Part shown: one piece after another, positions 1 through 11,100 of the stretch | Layout of the letters: each line of letters opens with the position of its first letter | Numbering within the stretch: the stretch's first letter is position 1 | Source: an uncultured virus (IMG/VR IMGVR_UViG_3300031659_000001) | Lineage: Duplodnaviria > Heunggongvirae > Uroviricota > Caudoviricetes | Direction: 5' to 3' (one strand) | Virus record (IMG/VR): IMGVR_UViG_3300031659_000001 | Length of the DNA stretch: 36,109 nt | The notes under the pieces: generated by a model | What the model was told of the DNA's origin: nothing | Seen by the model: only the letters and a program-made list of their open reading frames with translations | Databases searched by the model: none | Made by a program: the position numbers and the translations under genes

Positions 1-1
1 T

Positions 2-454
2 TTGTTGAATATGACAATCAATGCTTCGGCTGGTGGTGCTATGATTTCACCTCAAGCCTTGACAGGCGACCTTGTTGAAATGCCGGATTCGTTGTCATCC
101 TTTGACGCTTCAAAGTTGCTGGGTATCAGTGAATCCGCTTCTGTCCGAAAATACATCGTCGGTTTGCGAATCCCCTATGAATCCATGATCACAGCAGGAG
201 GACAGGGTGAAGTCTTACGCCAATTCATCATTCCATCGGGGCCGGGAACAGACTACCCATCCGAAGACAACACAGAACCATTTGACCCAACAAACGACGA
301 AGGCGGTGTCATCACACGCCCCAATCCATTTTTCCGCCAAAAGGTAGCAATACCGGGCGTAGTGCAAACATTCACACCCGCCTACGCCGCAGGTGATTCG
401 GTTTGGACATATACACTTGGATTCCAAGCCGTCGAACAATTGATTGGGATTTGA
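2..454 (+). CDS. 5'-truncated virion tail protein, possibly a distal-tail (Dit)-like C-terminus
   Basis: Open from the window edge and co-oriented with the tail module. The ending 'IPGVVQTFTPAYAAGDSVWTYTLGF' resembles the last strands of tail-tube/Dit folds (inference). Confidence 0.45.
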   Translation: MLNMTINASAGGAMISPQALTGDLVEMPDSLSSFDASKLLGISESASVRKYIVGLRIPYESMITAGGQGEVLRQFIIPSGPGTDYPSEDNTEPFDPTNDEGGVITRPNPFFRQKVAIPGVVQTFTPAYAAGDSVWTYTLGFQAVEQLIGI

Positions 455-460
455 TGTCAA

Positions 461-3082
461 ATGCCGATTAAGAAAATACATTCACAGGCGATCCGCTTGA
501 ACGGATTCACGGATGGAATGGTTGTTCCTACTGGCGCATTCCGTGAAAGTGGTGTGGATTTGTATGCCGCATCACATACGGAAAAAACCGGCTCAACGAA
601 CAAGGTTCCTTCTTACAATAGTGACGAACCAAAAATAGGTTTGCGTCATATCCCAAACGAAGGCAACGGTTTGAACAATATAATTGGCCCATTTACTATC
701 GAAGCCTTTGTCATACCGGACAAAGGGGGGGTAGTGGTGCATAAGGAGAATTGCTACACTCTTTCTATCGGAGAACCACATAAACAAGGCAAAGCGTCAT
801 TCGTAGTCCACACCCGTAGCATTTCGGGTGAAAATAACGGTGAACAGGTAGAAACCCCATACGACTTCCCATCAACCGAAAACATATCACTTTGGGGCGG
901 GCAAAGTGCTTATTTCGACTCATCATCCGACCTCTTGCCGCACGATTTGGATTTACCCAACCAACCACTCATCTATCTCAATGCTCAATTCACTGGTTCC
1001 GACATTCGTCTTTACATTAACGGGGATTTAGTAGCAAAACAAGACTTTGGTGGTGAAGAACGCATATTACAGTCCAGTTCATCCGATCTGTTCATTGGTG
1101 GGCGTGGTGGAGAGTTCCGTGGTGTCATAGAAAGTGTTCGCATTAGTCGAGGAACCATAGCCCCTAAATTACAACAATTCACCAAAACGCCGGTCACTAT
1201 GGGTCTTTGGGACTTTGAAGACGAAGACGATATTCCCGACATTTACTTCTTTAATAACAAATCACCTTCGCATTCATATGCTGGGGCTGATGGGGTTGGA
1301 CAAAATGACGATGAAATGCCTTATCCTATGGTATGTGTTGGTTATGATTTCAATAATGTGACTGTGAGTGGAACGATTACAACACCCATTACACTTGCGG
1401 CTGGCTACAATTACGGGCGTTTCAAAATACGAAACTTTCCGGGTAGTGCCCCAACAGCCTTGAAAATGATTGCTTCACACATGTTATCGGTTCCTATTGA
1501 TGAACTACCGCTTCAATCGTGGTGGAACAACGGTGCTGGTTATCTCGATGTGGGGGCAACAGTCACCAAAGCACGCTATCATGCTGATGGATTGCCTGTA
1601 AGCAATTTGAATGCGGTGATCAACGCCAGTGGAACCGACCCGATAACCGGCGGCTCATTCAGTTCTTTTGACTATAATTCGACTAATTTAGACCCAAGCG
1701 GTGGTATAAGCCTCAATCCGATGGCTAATCCCATTGAACGAATCCGCATCATAGCCCTCGATTTCACCACAGATGAGGTAATAGTTCAAAGTAGTTTCCT
1801 ACAAGGAACGACGGCTGACGCTAAAACGACCGGCTTTTTGTTTAGTCACCCCGACAATACACCCGTGTGGTTCACTCTCGGAAATGCTGATTTAATGATA
1901 GACCCCGGAAACGATGCCCGACCAAAAGGCCAAATGACACGGGCACGATTCACACAGGGACAGCGTTTTGAAGACAGATCTGGATTCGGGAATGAGGCAT
2001 ATTTTATCGGGACTCAATCAAGAAATGTCGAAGAAATGCTTACGCAAGCACAAAACACTGGCGGTTTAGTCGCTAACACCAATTACCCGCCGATAGAAAC
2101 AACATTGATGTTGTGGCTTGACGCCGATGACGGAAGCAGTATGATGAAAGGCACCATGGAACCAATTATGACCGAAGAAGGAAGCGGTGCTTACCCTGTT
2201 TGGTGGACAAGCAAAGCCCCTAAAGCCCCTAATTATCACTTTTATGGGGGAAACAGGGTAGGAACCGCATGGCGTTGGATAAAGAACTGTGCCAATGTCA
2301 ATAGTCGTGGAGGGCTTCAAGTTTCCTTTGGTGGTGAACAAGTCGATGCAAATGCCGAAGCGCAAGAACTACAAGACATGTTCCAACAAATGACACCACT
2401 ACAACCCGTAGTGCCGATAACAGGAATGTGGGCAAATGGGAAAGGTGCCTTCGGTGAGCCGGGAAGAATACCCGGTTTTGATGGAGAAACGGGAGGCCCG
2501 ATTGCCTTTGCTATTGAACACGCCTCAACCATTGATGGATCAACACCGACTAATAATGGGGATTTTACATTCTATTTCGTCTTAACACCAGCCTATGCAA
2601 CAGCAACGGCTACACTTGCGCTAATACAAAATGCCGGTTATGGAATAGATTTCCGTTTGGATAATGGCAGTGGTGTTCCTAAAGTGACCTATTCAAACCT
2701 AACCAATACTATGCTGGCGGCTGGGAAACCCGCCGCAGGTGTTCCTTGTTTAATCGCTATCACGGTGAATGGTAGCGAAAACGGTTCCTACAATTTATAC
2801 AACAAGGCAAACGGACACACTCCTGTTTATACAAAAACCTTCTCCGGCACCCCAAACGCCAACCTTACCTTTAGTGGCAACAATAATGTTTCTACGGCTG
2901 GTTTAGAATTGTTCGGTATTTTTAACCACAATGCTGGTGGCGGTGGGCCGGGTGACAATGCGACTGTTGCCGATGCCTACGAAGGACTTACAGTGCATGA
3001 AGTTATGATTTACGCCGGGGCGCACACCACTACCCAGCAAGCCGATGTCCGACAGTGGATTGAAGACAAGTGGGGGATTTAA
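461..3082 (+). CDS. Virion tail/adhesion protein with two LamG (concanavalin A-like) domains
   Basis: 873 aa. N-terminal LamG motifs FTIEAFV, RLYINGDLV, LFIGGRGGEFRGVIESVRISR, GLWDFE. C-terminal LamG-like motifs LMLWLDADD...HEVMIYAGAHTTTQQADVRQWIEDKWGI. Confidence 0.8.
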   Translation: MPIKKIHSQAIRLNGFTDGMVVPTGAFRESGVDLYAASHTEKTGSTNKVPSYNSDEPKIGLRHIPNEGNGLNNIIGPFTIEAFVIPDKGGVVVHKENCYTLSIGEPHKQGKASFVVHTRSISGENNGEQVETPYDFPSTENISLWGGQSAYFDSSSDLLPHDLDLPNQPLIYLNAQFTGSDIRLYINGDLVAKQDFGGEERILQSSSSDLFIGGRGGEFRGVIESVRISRGTIAPKLQQFTKTPVTMGLWDFEDEDDIPDIYFFNNKSPSHSYAGADGVGQNDDEMPYPMVCVGYDFNNVTVSGTITTPITLAAGYNYGRFKIRNFPGSAPTALKMIASHMLSVPIDELPLQSWWNNGAGYLDVGATVTKARYHADGLPVSNLNAVINASGTDPITGGSFSSFDYNSTNLDPSGGISLNPMANPIERIRIIALDFTTDEVIVQSSFLQGTTADAKTTGFLFSHPDNTPVWFTLGNADLMIDPGNDARPKGQMTRARFTQGQRFEDRSGFGNEAYFIGTQSRNVEEMLTQAQNTGGLVANTNYPPIETTLMLWLDADDGSSMMKGTMEPIMTEEGSGAYPVWWTSKAPKAPNYHFYGGNRVGTAWRWIKNCANVNSRGGLQVSFGGEQVDANAEAQELQDMFQQMTPLQPVVPITGMWANGKGAFGEPGRIPGFDGETGGPIAFAIEHASTIDGSTPTNNGDFTFYFVLTPAYATATATLALIQNAGYGIDFRLDNGSGVPKVTYSNLTNTMLAAGKPAAGVPCLIAITVNGSENGSYNLYNKANGHTPVYTKTFSGTPNANLTFSGNNNVSTAGLELFGIFNHNAGGGGPGDNATVADAYEGLTVHEVMIYAGAHTTTQQADVRQWIEDKWGI

Positions 3083-3083
3083 T

Positions 3084-6000
3084 ATGACTATATCATATCC
3101 AAATCCCGGCGTTGATTATGACGAAAACGAAGATGTTTCGGGTCTAAAGGCAGTAAATAGAGACTTTGCTGGTTGTAGTGGTGTTACATCATACAATCGA
3201 GTCAAAGGGCACTTTTTCCTTGCGAACCTACCGCAACCCCAAGACGAAGTAATTACAAGAACAGTGCAAGGATTGGCAGATCGGTTTGAAACCACATATG
3301 AAGACGCTTCGGTTGGTTCGCTGGTGTCGATGAATGACAATGTTCGCATTACCGAAACCGTGTATCAAGGAGAAGCCCTGTCGGTTATCACCAAAAGCAC
3401 CATCTCATCAATAGCCGAAACAGCAAGTCCTAATCACAAGCATTCATCGATCATCGTTCAAGGAGGCTATGGCTTTCACGACGGGACAACAAATCATAAA
3501 TCATCATCGGCTGACAGTATTGTAGCAATTGGTGTGGATGATGTGCGCCTATTTGCACTGAAAGGTCTTGACATCGACCACGATGCCCTGTTCGACACAA
3601 ACAACCCAACAAAGCCAACAGACCAAGAATATGTTCGCCACCTTACACCGGAACAGGAAACAAGAGTTGCTACAATTGATATTCCATCCTCATTAGCAAA
3701 CTTTGGATTACCACCAAAGGTATTGGTATATTATTCCGCCATTGACTTAAGTGGAGAAGTAGTAGCCGCATGGAAAGGAACTGCCGAGTATCGAACTGCG
3801 GTGGTGAACCTCGACAATACCCACAACGATCTAACATCCATCAATCAAATGGAAAAGAAGGGGTGGTTGGTGGTGGAACGCACAGTTCCCGACGCAAACA
3901 CCATTTTCGTTGATAGGAGTGTTCCAACAGCACCCGTCTATCGAACACTCGCCAATTGGTTGAAAAGACCCTTTACTGATGCTCAACGGGCATCGGGGGC
4001 GCAAACGGCGTGGAACGGATTGACGATTCATGCACCCGGAGGGCTTGTTTCTATCCCATCCACCGCACTAAACAAGCCACTACAAGACCATGTTATGCGT
4101 TCAAACCCGACTGGTGGCAAAACACATTCTCCATTTATTAACCTTGAAAATTGCGCCCATACTATCATTCAACGAGGTGGTTTAACCGTTCCCGGTGTCA
4201 CCAAGAGTATTGACAATGGCTACGGCATTCCTATTGGACAACATGGGACAAGAAGTCCAGTTACAAAGAGCGAGGGTGTTTATCATACATTTTCTTGCAG
4301 TGTGGAGAGCATGGTGGATAAGACAGCCGTGACTACACTCGCTGGTCTTGGCCCAACAACGAAAAACACTACATTTGAGCAATTTGACATCATCGACAAC
4401 AAAGTCGAAGGGGACAGGTATTTACTTCTCGTCCACCCTAAAAACCGCCAACGATCAGGCACTCTCGCCTCCTTACAGACCACCCAAAACAGTGCTGAAC
4501 CCCATTTATGTAAAGTAGAACTTGTTTCCATGCGTGGTCGAATTGAAGAGATTGCACCAAACAGCAACAGTGACGGTGGAGGCGGAGTTGTTGTCCGTGG
4601 TCGTTCTCAATTGATGGACATTTCAGATCGAATAGCAGAAAGGGATTTCAGCCTTGCCGAAGGTTTTGCTATCAAAGAGATTGGCGACCTCGGTTCCCCT
4701 ACTGTTAGCCTCACCATGGGCGGTTTGGGGCAAGGTGGTATTGATATTGCGCCTACACGGACAGAACACTCCTTCTTGCCAGTTTGGAAAGACAAGGTTA
4801 TTGGGTCAAATAACCCATCAGTTCGGAACGACCGTCAAACCTCCACTTACTATGCCTCCACCCGTGCTTTGGTGGAACTACCTCTATTCCCCTCGATGTT
4901 CTATGATGTTGAACAACGCTTGGCTGAAAGTGAAAACAAGCGTAGCCCTCTTCCTACTTCAAAAGCCACAGAACTGGTGATTGACGCTACAATGACAGCA
5001 GGTAATAGACCTCAAATGAAGGACTTTGAGAGTAGAAACGCCATTGATTGGGGCATGAAGAACATAGTGTCGTCACTGAAAGTGAATGACTACAACGCCA
5101 TTTCCGGTGGCAGGGTGTGGATCCGAGCCATGCGTGAGAGTTCAGCAACATTTACCCGTGTCAAAAACACAGGTGGCGACGGTGCGGTTATTTTGGGCGG
5201 TAGTTCAAACAACGGCACTTTCCACTATTCATCATCTTATATTGAAGTGGACAGTGTATTGCCGTTTATTCTCGATTATGAAGGAGGTTTTGAAGGTGGG
5301 GCTACGGAATATAATACCGCCACAGCAGGTGCCGCTTTCACCAATTTAGGCTATGTTGTCACCGTTGGCGAAGGTATCATCAGTGAGAGGGGTATTCGCT
5401 TCCACATTCACAGAACACGGGTGACGGGCACTTCCCAACGCCTGTATTTCGACGCATACCAGCACTGGGAGGATAATGACTTAACCTATGCTGAACTCAA
5501 GTTAATTGTCACCACTGGCCTACCTGTTGTTATGGGGTCTTGGCTTACTGATGCTGGTGCCTACACGGGTGTGGGAACTGCTGGGAATACAAACGCCACC
5601 TTTGCGGCTTTGAACGCCGCCGTCGGCACTACTGCGACTACTGTGGCACAGAACTTCATTGGGCCGTTGGAGAAGACCTTCGCCATGGGTAGAACAACAA
5701 CAAACGGTATTGATGACCGAAGTGGAATACAGATTGACCCAAGCGATCCCGACGGGACAACGATTCTCATTTACAATGGCCCTACAATGGAGGGCTTCAC
5801 CTTTGACCCCGGCCACTACCTTTACAGTGCTGACGATATGCCACTTCTTCCTCCTGTTGAATGCCGTTCGGGACACCTTTCTCTCAAGGGCAAGCGCAAC
5901 GACAACACGCTTGATTGGGTGCGTCCTATGAGCCTCAATTTGGGTTCTGTGGCAAGTGCAGGAACGGTGAGCAAGTTTGAAGAAGCGGTGGATGAGGTCA

Positions 6001-8111
6001 TTCGTCGTATCAATCAAGCAGGGCACCCAGCCGCAAAGAATAGTGGAGGGGGTAGTGCATTCAACCCACCCGCACTGTTCACCACAGCCGCCGGAACTTA
6101 TACAGTCACTTCAACCGATACTGGATCTCACATGGGCTATGTTCGTGCTTTCTTAGGACAAGAAGTAGAAAGTAGGACTGGTGAAACGGGTATTTCGGTT
6201 GTTATCCACTGCACCGTTCCGGGTGCAACAGGCCGCAATTTTGCCGTGTGGATAAACAACAACAGTCCATACGCATACCGCCCAATCCAAGCGGTCGGAC
6301 ACGGTGGGTTGGTTGCGACAAACAGCCGGTCATATCAAGCGAGTTCATTCCCAGCACCCCTACCTTTGGGTATGGATGGTGAAACACATGTTCCAATCAC
6401 CACATTTCAAGGAGGTGTGCATGGGGCCATTACTGATGGAGATGACAACCTACGCCAATATAGTGGAGTGGGTCAAGAGTTCACCTTCAACACCGTCGCT
6501 TTGGCGCAATTTGAAGACGGCGACCTTATTCCCGATTATGACCCTCAAGCACAATCCGTTCTAATGGTTGAGCGCAAAGCACTCGACTTGTTATATCGAG
6601 CCAACCGCAAAGTATCAAGGGACAATAAGGGGCTAATTCTCGTCGATAATCAGTATTTGGGCGAGTTTGATCAAGTTGTTCCCGGCACCGGAACTGACAT
6701 ATCCGGTGGAAAGGTGTCGGGTGTCGGATCTTGCGTTGGATTATTCAACACGCAACCTTTGGACAAAACACTCGGTAAGAAGTGGAAAGACTTGTTCTAT
6801 GACAAGGATGGAAAAATGAAAACGGTTCCTATCAAGGTGCTTAATCCATTAGTTGATGCCCACGGTATTCTTTTCTTTGGAGGTGGACATACCGGCGTCA
6901 CCTTTGATGTCAGCGACGGAACGGCAAATGATTACAGTGATTTCTACACACACCACTACTCCAAAGGCCCGACAGGATATACAGGTTTCCAAAACCTCCA
7001 AGAAGTGCAAACATCGGCGGCTGTCTTGGACTTCACCGCACTCAAAAACGCCGACACAGTGAACGAAACGGCCTACCGTGCGCTTCATCACAAACGAACT
7101 ATTGTTGAAACGGGTGTAGTGCCAGCGTCGGGCTTGCTGGATAAGGAAATCGACGCTTGCCTTTGGTATGTGCGTATGAATAATGACTTGCGGGGAGATT
7201 ACGGCACTGCTGGAAAGGAACTCCCTCTTGACGCAATACACGGGGTCAAATTGAAGGCATTTGGGGATTTTGCCAATCAAACCATTTTGGCTGGGCCAGC
7301 AACAGGCGATCCCGAATCAAAGGGTATTGATTTGCACGGGAATACTGATGCAGGGGTTATTTCACTCCATAACATTGGAACATTGACAACGCCCAGCAGT
7401 GTCAATACTGTGGCTCCACGGGTGCCAATAAAAAACAATATGAACGGGGAACAAGACACCAATAATCCGGCTGATGATGGAGCATATTCGTTTTCATTCT
7501 TTTTCAATTCCGGTGACGCTACCGGCAACGCTTGGAGTAGTGCGGCTTTCGGCAACGGGCCTGTGGTTCATGGAATAGACTCTTCGGGGCGAGGTTTTGG
7601 CGTTTCAATCAATACGAAACAGGGGAACTCAAACACGACTATGGACTTCTCAATAACGGCTTTCTTTGCCAGTGGAAACGATACAAAAACCACGATTTCG
7701 GCTGTGCAAGCAAACCAAGCCAAAAACGCTTGGTATCATGTGGTATTCACCCGTGCGTCGGGTTATCCCGATGGGCTTATTTACATCAATGGTTCAGTAG
7801 TTGGGAGAACGGGTGCTTCTTTCACTGCGGTGAATCTCGCCGCTAAACCCCACCTCCCACTCGGTGTTGGGATAGGATCTGCTTTTACATCGGCTGGTGG
7901 CTTTTACGGAAAAGCCCGCAACATGCTTACTGTTGGTGCTGGTTTGCTGGACTGGTCGGCACCGTCAAATTATTATCATGGCACTAAAGCCACTCACGCC
8001 AATTCTCCTGTTTATTTCAACGGTGCCTTGAGTGAAATTGCCATGTGGAACAAGACATTATCGGCGGCGGAAGTCGCAACACTCTATAATGCGAGAACGG
8101 TGTGGGATTAA
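3084..8111 (+). CDS. Giant tail/baseplate protein (1675 aa) with an N-terminal hub-like segment and a C-terminal LamG domain
   Basis: Start moved to the ATG at 3084, 1 nt after the upstream TAA. Hub-like MRGRIEEI...VVVRGRSQLMD. LamG motifs YSFSFFFN, WYHVVFTR, IYINGS, YFNGALSEIAMWNKTLSAAEVATLYN. Confidence 0.75.
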   Translation: MTISYPNPGVDYDENEDVSGLKAVNRDFAGCSGVTSYNRVKGHFFLANLPQPQDEVITRTVQGLADRFETTYEDASVGSLVSMNDNVRITETVYQGEALSVITKSTISSIAETASPNHKHSSIIVQGGYGFHDGTTNHKSSSADSIVAIGVDDVRLFALKGLDIDHDALFDTNNPTKPTDQEYVRHLTPEQETRVATIDIPSSLANFGLPPKVLVYYSAIDLSGEVVAAWKGTAEYRTAVVNLDNTHNDLTSINQMEKKGWLVVERTVPDANTIFVDRSVPTAPVYRTLANWLKRPFTDAQRASGAQTAWNGLTIHAPGGLVSIPSTALNKPLQDHVMRSNPTGGKTHSPFINLENCAHTIIQRGGLTVPGVTKSIDNGYGIPIGQHGTRSPVTKSEGVYHTFSCSVESMVDKTAVTTLAGLGPTTKNTTFEQFDIIDNKVEGDRYLLLVHPKNRQRSGTLASLQTTQNSAEPHLCKVELVSMRGRIEEIAPNSNSDGGGGVVVRGRSQLMDISDRIAERDFSLAEGFAIKEIGDLGSPTVSLTMGGLGQGGIDIAPTRTEHSFLPVWKDKVIGSNNPSVRNDRQTSTYYASTRALVELPLFPSMFYDVEQRLAESENKRSPLPTSKATELVIDATMTAGNRPQMKDFESRNAIDWGMKNIVSSLKVNDYNAISGGRVWIRAMRESSATFTRVKNTGGDGAVILGGSSNNGTFHYSSSYIEVDSVLPFILDYEGGFEGGATEYNTATAGAAFTNLGYVVTVGEGIISERGIRFHIHRTRVTGTSQRLYFDAYQHWEDNDLTYAELKLIVTTGLPVVMGSWLTDAGAYTGVGTAGNTNATFAALNAAVGTTATTVAQNFIGPLEKTFAMGRTTTNGIDDRSGIQIDPSDPDGTTILIYNGPTMEGFTFDPGHYLYSADDMPLLPPVECRSGHLSLKGKRNDNTLDWVRPMSLNLGSVASAGTVSKFEEAVDEVIRRINQAGHPAAKNSGGGSAFNPPALFTTAAGTYTVTSTDTGSHMGYVRAFLGQEVESRTGETGISVVIHCTVPGATGRNFAVWINNNSPYAYRPIQAVGHGGLVATNSRSYQASSFPAPLPLGMDGETHVPITTFQGGVHGAITDGDDNLRQYSGVGQEFTFNTVALAQFEDGDLIPDYDPQAQSVLMVERKALDLLYRANRKVSRDNKGLILVDNQYLGEFDQVVPGTGTDISGGKVSGVGSCVGLFNTQPLDKTLGKKWKDLFYDKDGKMKTVPIKVLNPLVDAHGILFFGGGHTGVTFDVSDGTANDYSDFYTHHYSKGPTGYTGFQNLQEVQTSAAVLDFTALKNADTVNETAYRALHHKRTIVETGVVPASGLLDKEIDACLWYVRMNNDLRGDYGTAGKELPLDAIHGVKLKAFGDFANQTILAGPATGDPESKGIDLHGNTDAGVISLHNIGTLTTPSSVNTVAPRVPIKNNMNGEQDTNNPADDGAYSFSFFFNSGDATGNAWSSAAFGNGPVVHGIDSSGRGFGVSINTKQGNSNTTMDFSITAFFASGNDTKTTISAVQANQAKNAWYHVVFTRASGYPDGLIYINGSVVGRTGASFTAVNLAAKPHLPLGVGIGSAFTSAGGFYGKARNMLTVGAGLLDWSAPSNYYHGTKATHANSPVYFNGALSEIAMWNKTLSAAEVATLYNARTVWD

Positions 8112-8112
8112 C

Positions 8113-11100
8113 ATGGCCGATGTCTTGACCTTTGCCAAGCAGGAATATCCGGCGGCTCGAAGACCAATTGGTTCCGACGACGGTATTCCGGCAAGCGGGT
8201 ATTTCAGCCTCCATTTTACTTATCCCGACACAGCATATGAAGACCCCACAGTGATGACATTTGCCAAAGCCGGAACAAATCAATTGGGAATCAATTATAT
8301 GATCCGAACTCCGTTGGCAGGAGATTCAACCAACGCCGCCGCAGATGGAGAAGATGCTCGAAACGGAACAAATACCATCGTAATTGACCTCAAGCGAGCC
8401 GCCGTAGCACATGCCGCCGCTATTAGCGCAGGTGCCGTTATGCCAGCAAAGACCTTTGATCTCGGAACAGAAGAGGCAACACGGCTTATCGCCGCCACAA
8501 TCAATTCAACCCGCAATCGCCAAATCGGAGCGCATTCAAAATCCCGCTATCTACGGGCACGCTATGTGAAAATGAGTGGTAGTAAGCAATATGGTGGCTG
8601 GGGGACAGAAACAGGTGGTGGGCATCTAAAACAGGGTTTTCTAAACGGACAAGATATAGGAGGCGGTAGTAGTTCATACCTTCGAGTCAATCAAAGTGTC
8701 AGTCCAGCCGGTTATGCGGCTGGCTCAACACACGAAATTAGAGTGGACGGAACAGGTGCAACAAACGCACCCGGTAACTACCTCACACCCGGTGAAAATA
8801 TATACACGGTAGCAAATGATTTCGTCGGAAAAATCCTTGAAATAGATGGACGGACTATTCGTTTTTATGAGCCTATTGCTTGTGCTTTGTTGGATAATGA
8901 CAAGTTAAGAGGGGGATGGTTACGCCTGTTCAAGTTCGGTTCAGCAAGAGAAAGGGATATTATTGGTGCCGACTCTACCACCGCAAACGGTTTCAATTTC
9001 AACAACATGCCCACTGATATTCCAAAGCGTGGGACAATTGTAGGAAACCCAAACAGCACATTAAACGACGCATCGAACCAAGATGTAGGCACCTATACAT
9101 TAACCTATGACGGCTGGCAAATAGTCAGCGACACATCTATTCAATTCAACATAACAAAGGCTGAAACAACGGCGGCTGGTGGAGTAAAGGACATTACCGA
9201 TTCTACCACCACGGACGCCGACCAGCCCACATGGTTTGTGCAGAACGACACAACAGAACAACACACTGTCGTTGTTTCATGGGAGATAGATGCCCCAACA
9301 GGTGGCGGGTATTGGGGCACTGCCAACGGTGGGCCTATTGTGCAAGGACTTGGTGCCTCACTGCCAGTTTGGTATATGACAGCCAAGCCAATGGACGGCG
9401 GGAACTTAGGTTTGCCAGCCACGAATGCCGAATCAAGGGGTGCTGTCCCTGCTACACACACCACAGGGCACGGGTATAGTCGATTTTCTATTGAAGGGCT
9501 AAACTCATGCTCACTACCCGATATGCCACCGCCGGACAAACCTTTCGATGGGCCATCCATTACTGGCTCAACCGAAGCAGATCCATTCCAATGGACTGGT
9601 TTGAATACCGCCTTAAATGCTCACCAAGAAGACGAACTTCTCATCACCAAAGGGGAGTTCGGCACTCGAATGGACGACGCTGGGCCATTTGAAACGAATT
9701 GTATGATTTCAACAAACGCTAACATCACCGGAGGAAAGATAATCAAAACCCTTACACCAGCCACCAATATATCGGCTCATTTTGATGATGGGGATAGTAT
9801 TTTTAGTGCCGACGGAACTGCAATCGGAACAATAGCCGCAAACGGCATAAGTGGCCTCACCAGCACGGAGTTGTCGGTTATTGGCCCAAAAACCGTGGAC
9901 AGTGGAGTAACGATTTCTACTGCATTTGGCTCAACCGTAAATGGAGTCCCACCAAGAGGCGGTAGTCGTGTATATAGCACTGGTTCCACCTATCCGTGGT
10001 ATCATGGGTCGGGAGGTCTAAGCACCATTATGACAGGTGGGGCGGCACCGGATAGTTTCTTTAACCTCGGTGACGAAGTAATGAATGCGAGTAATGGATT
10101 GATTGGCACAGTGCCAAAGGCTCGTCTTGTTCGGCGTTTTGCCCCCGGACAGCACAACGATGGTTGCTTAATAAATACGGGTGACAGCAACCCTATTTCA
10201 TCAGCCGCAAACCTTGACATCATCAACATTCAAGTTGATCAAATCGACCCGAACTTGATTTATCATGTTGGTGAGAAAATCTACTCACAGGACACATTCT
10301 ACAACACAGGAGTGTCAATACAACAAGGCCAAAACGCCGCCGAAGAGGCCACGCCTATGCTAATGACTATACCCTCCTTTGGGGGAGGTATAGATCCAGC
10401 ATCAGCAGGACAAAATGGGGCAAGAATACAAGCCGGTGATCACATTTTCCTATTGGTGTCCAATGTTATGACTCTTGTAGGTGTAGCGGAGTCGGCTATG
10501 GATGGTGAAATTGCCCTCACAGGAAACAACCTCATCGCCGTTGCACCGAATGATGTTCTGTATGTGTATGGGTATATTGGAACAATAAAGACAATTCAAG
10601 AAACGCAACACACAATTAGTGTTTCGGGTTATGCCGCCCGTAGTTTTGGAACAGGTGTGAGTGTGGTTGATTTTTCAGCAAACAATTCAAGTGACTTTAG
10701 AGGAAAGATTATTGCAGGTTCAACGATAAAAGCCGGATCCAATTTGATAGGGGTTGTTTCATCGGTAGGGGAGCGTCAAATAACATTCGTAGCAAACATC
10801 GCTACTGCTGTGACAACAACCACCCAAATGACAGTTATTGGGAACACCACATGGAACATTGAATTAGAGGCAAAATTGGATTATGGGAATAGTAGAAGTT
10901 ATGTTAATGATATAACAAACGCAGGGGATCAATATCTCGTTCTTTCAAACAATAGTAGTATTATGGGTGAGTCATTGACAAACAAAAGTATGACATTCGC
11001 TGATTCGACAGGTTTGCTACCGGGTGTGACTTCGGAACAATTGGCTTTGGAAGAACGACTTTACACACCGGGTGTAAATTGGAACCAAGGTGTGAATAAT

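Noticed and set aside
8032..8112. ORF-track upstream start extensions (also 3045, 19104, 21251, 21802, 26075, 27001, 34888)
   Set aside because: They overlap the upstream genes. Downstream starts fit stop-start coupling or RBS motifs better.
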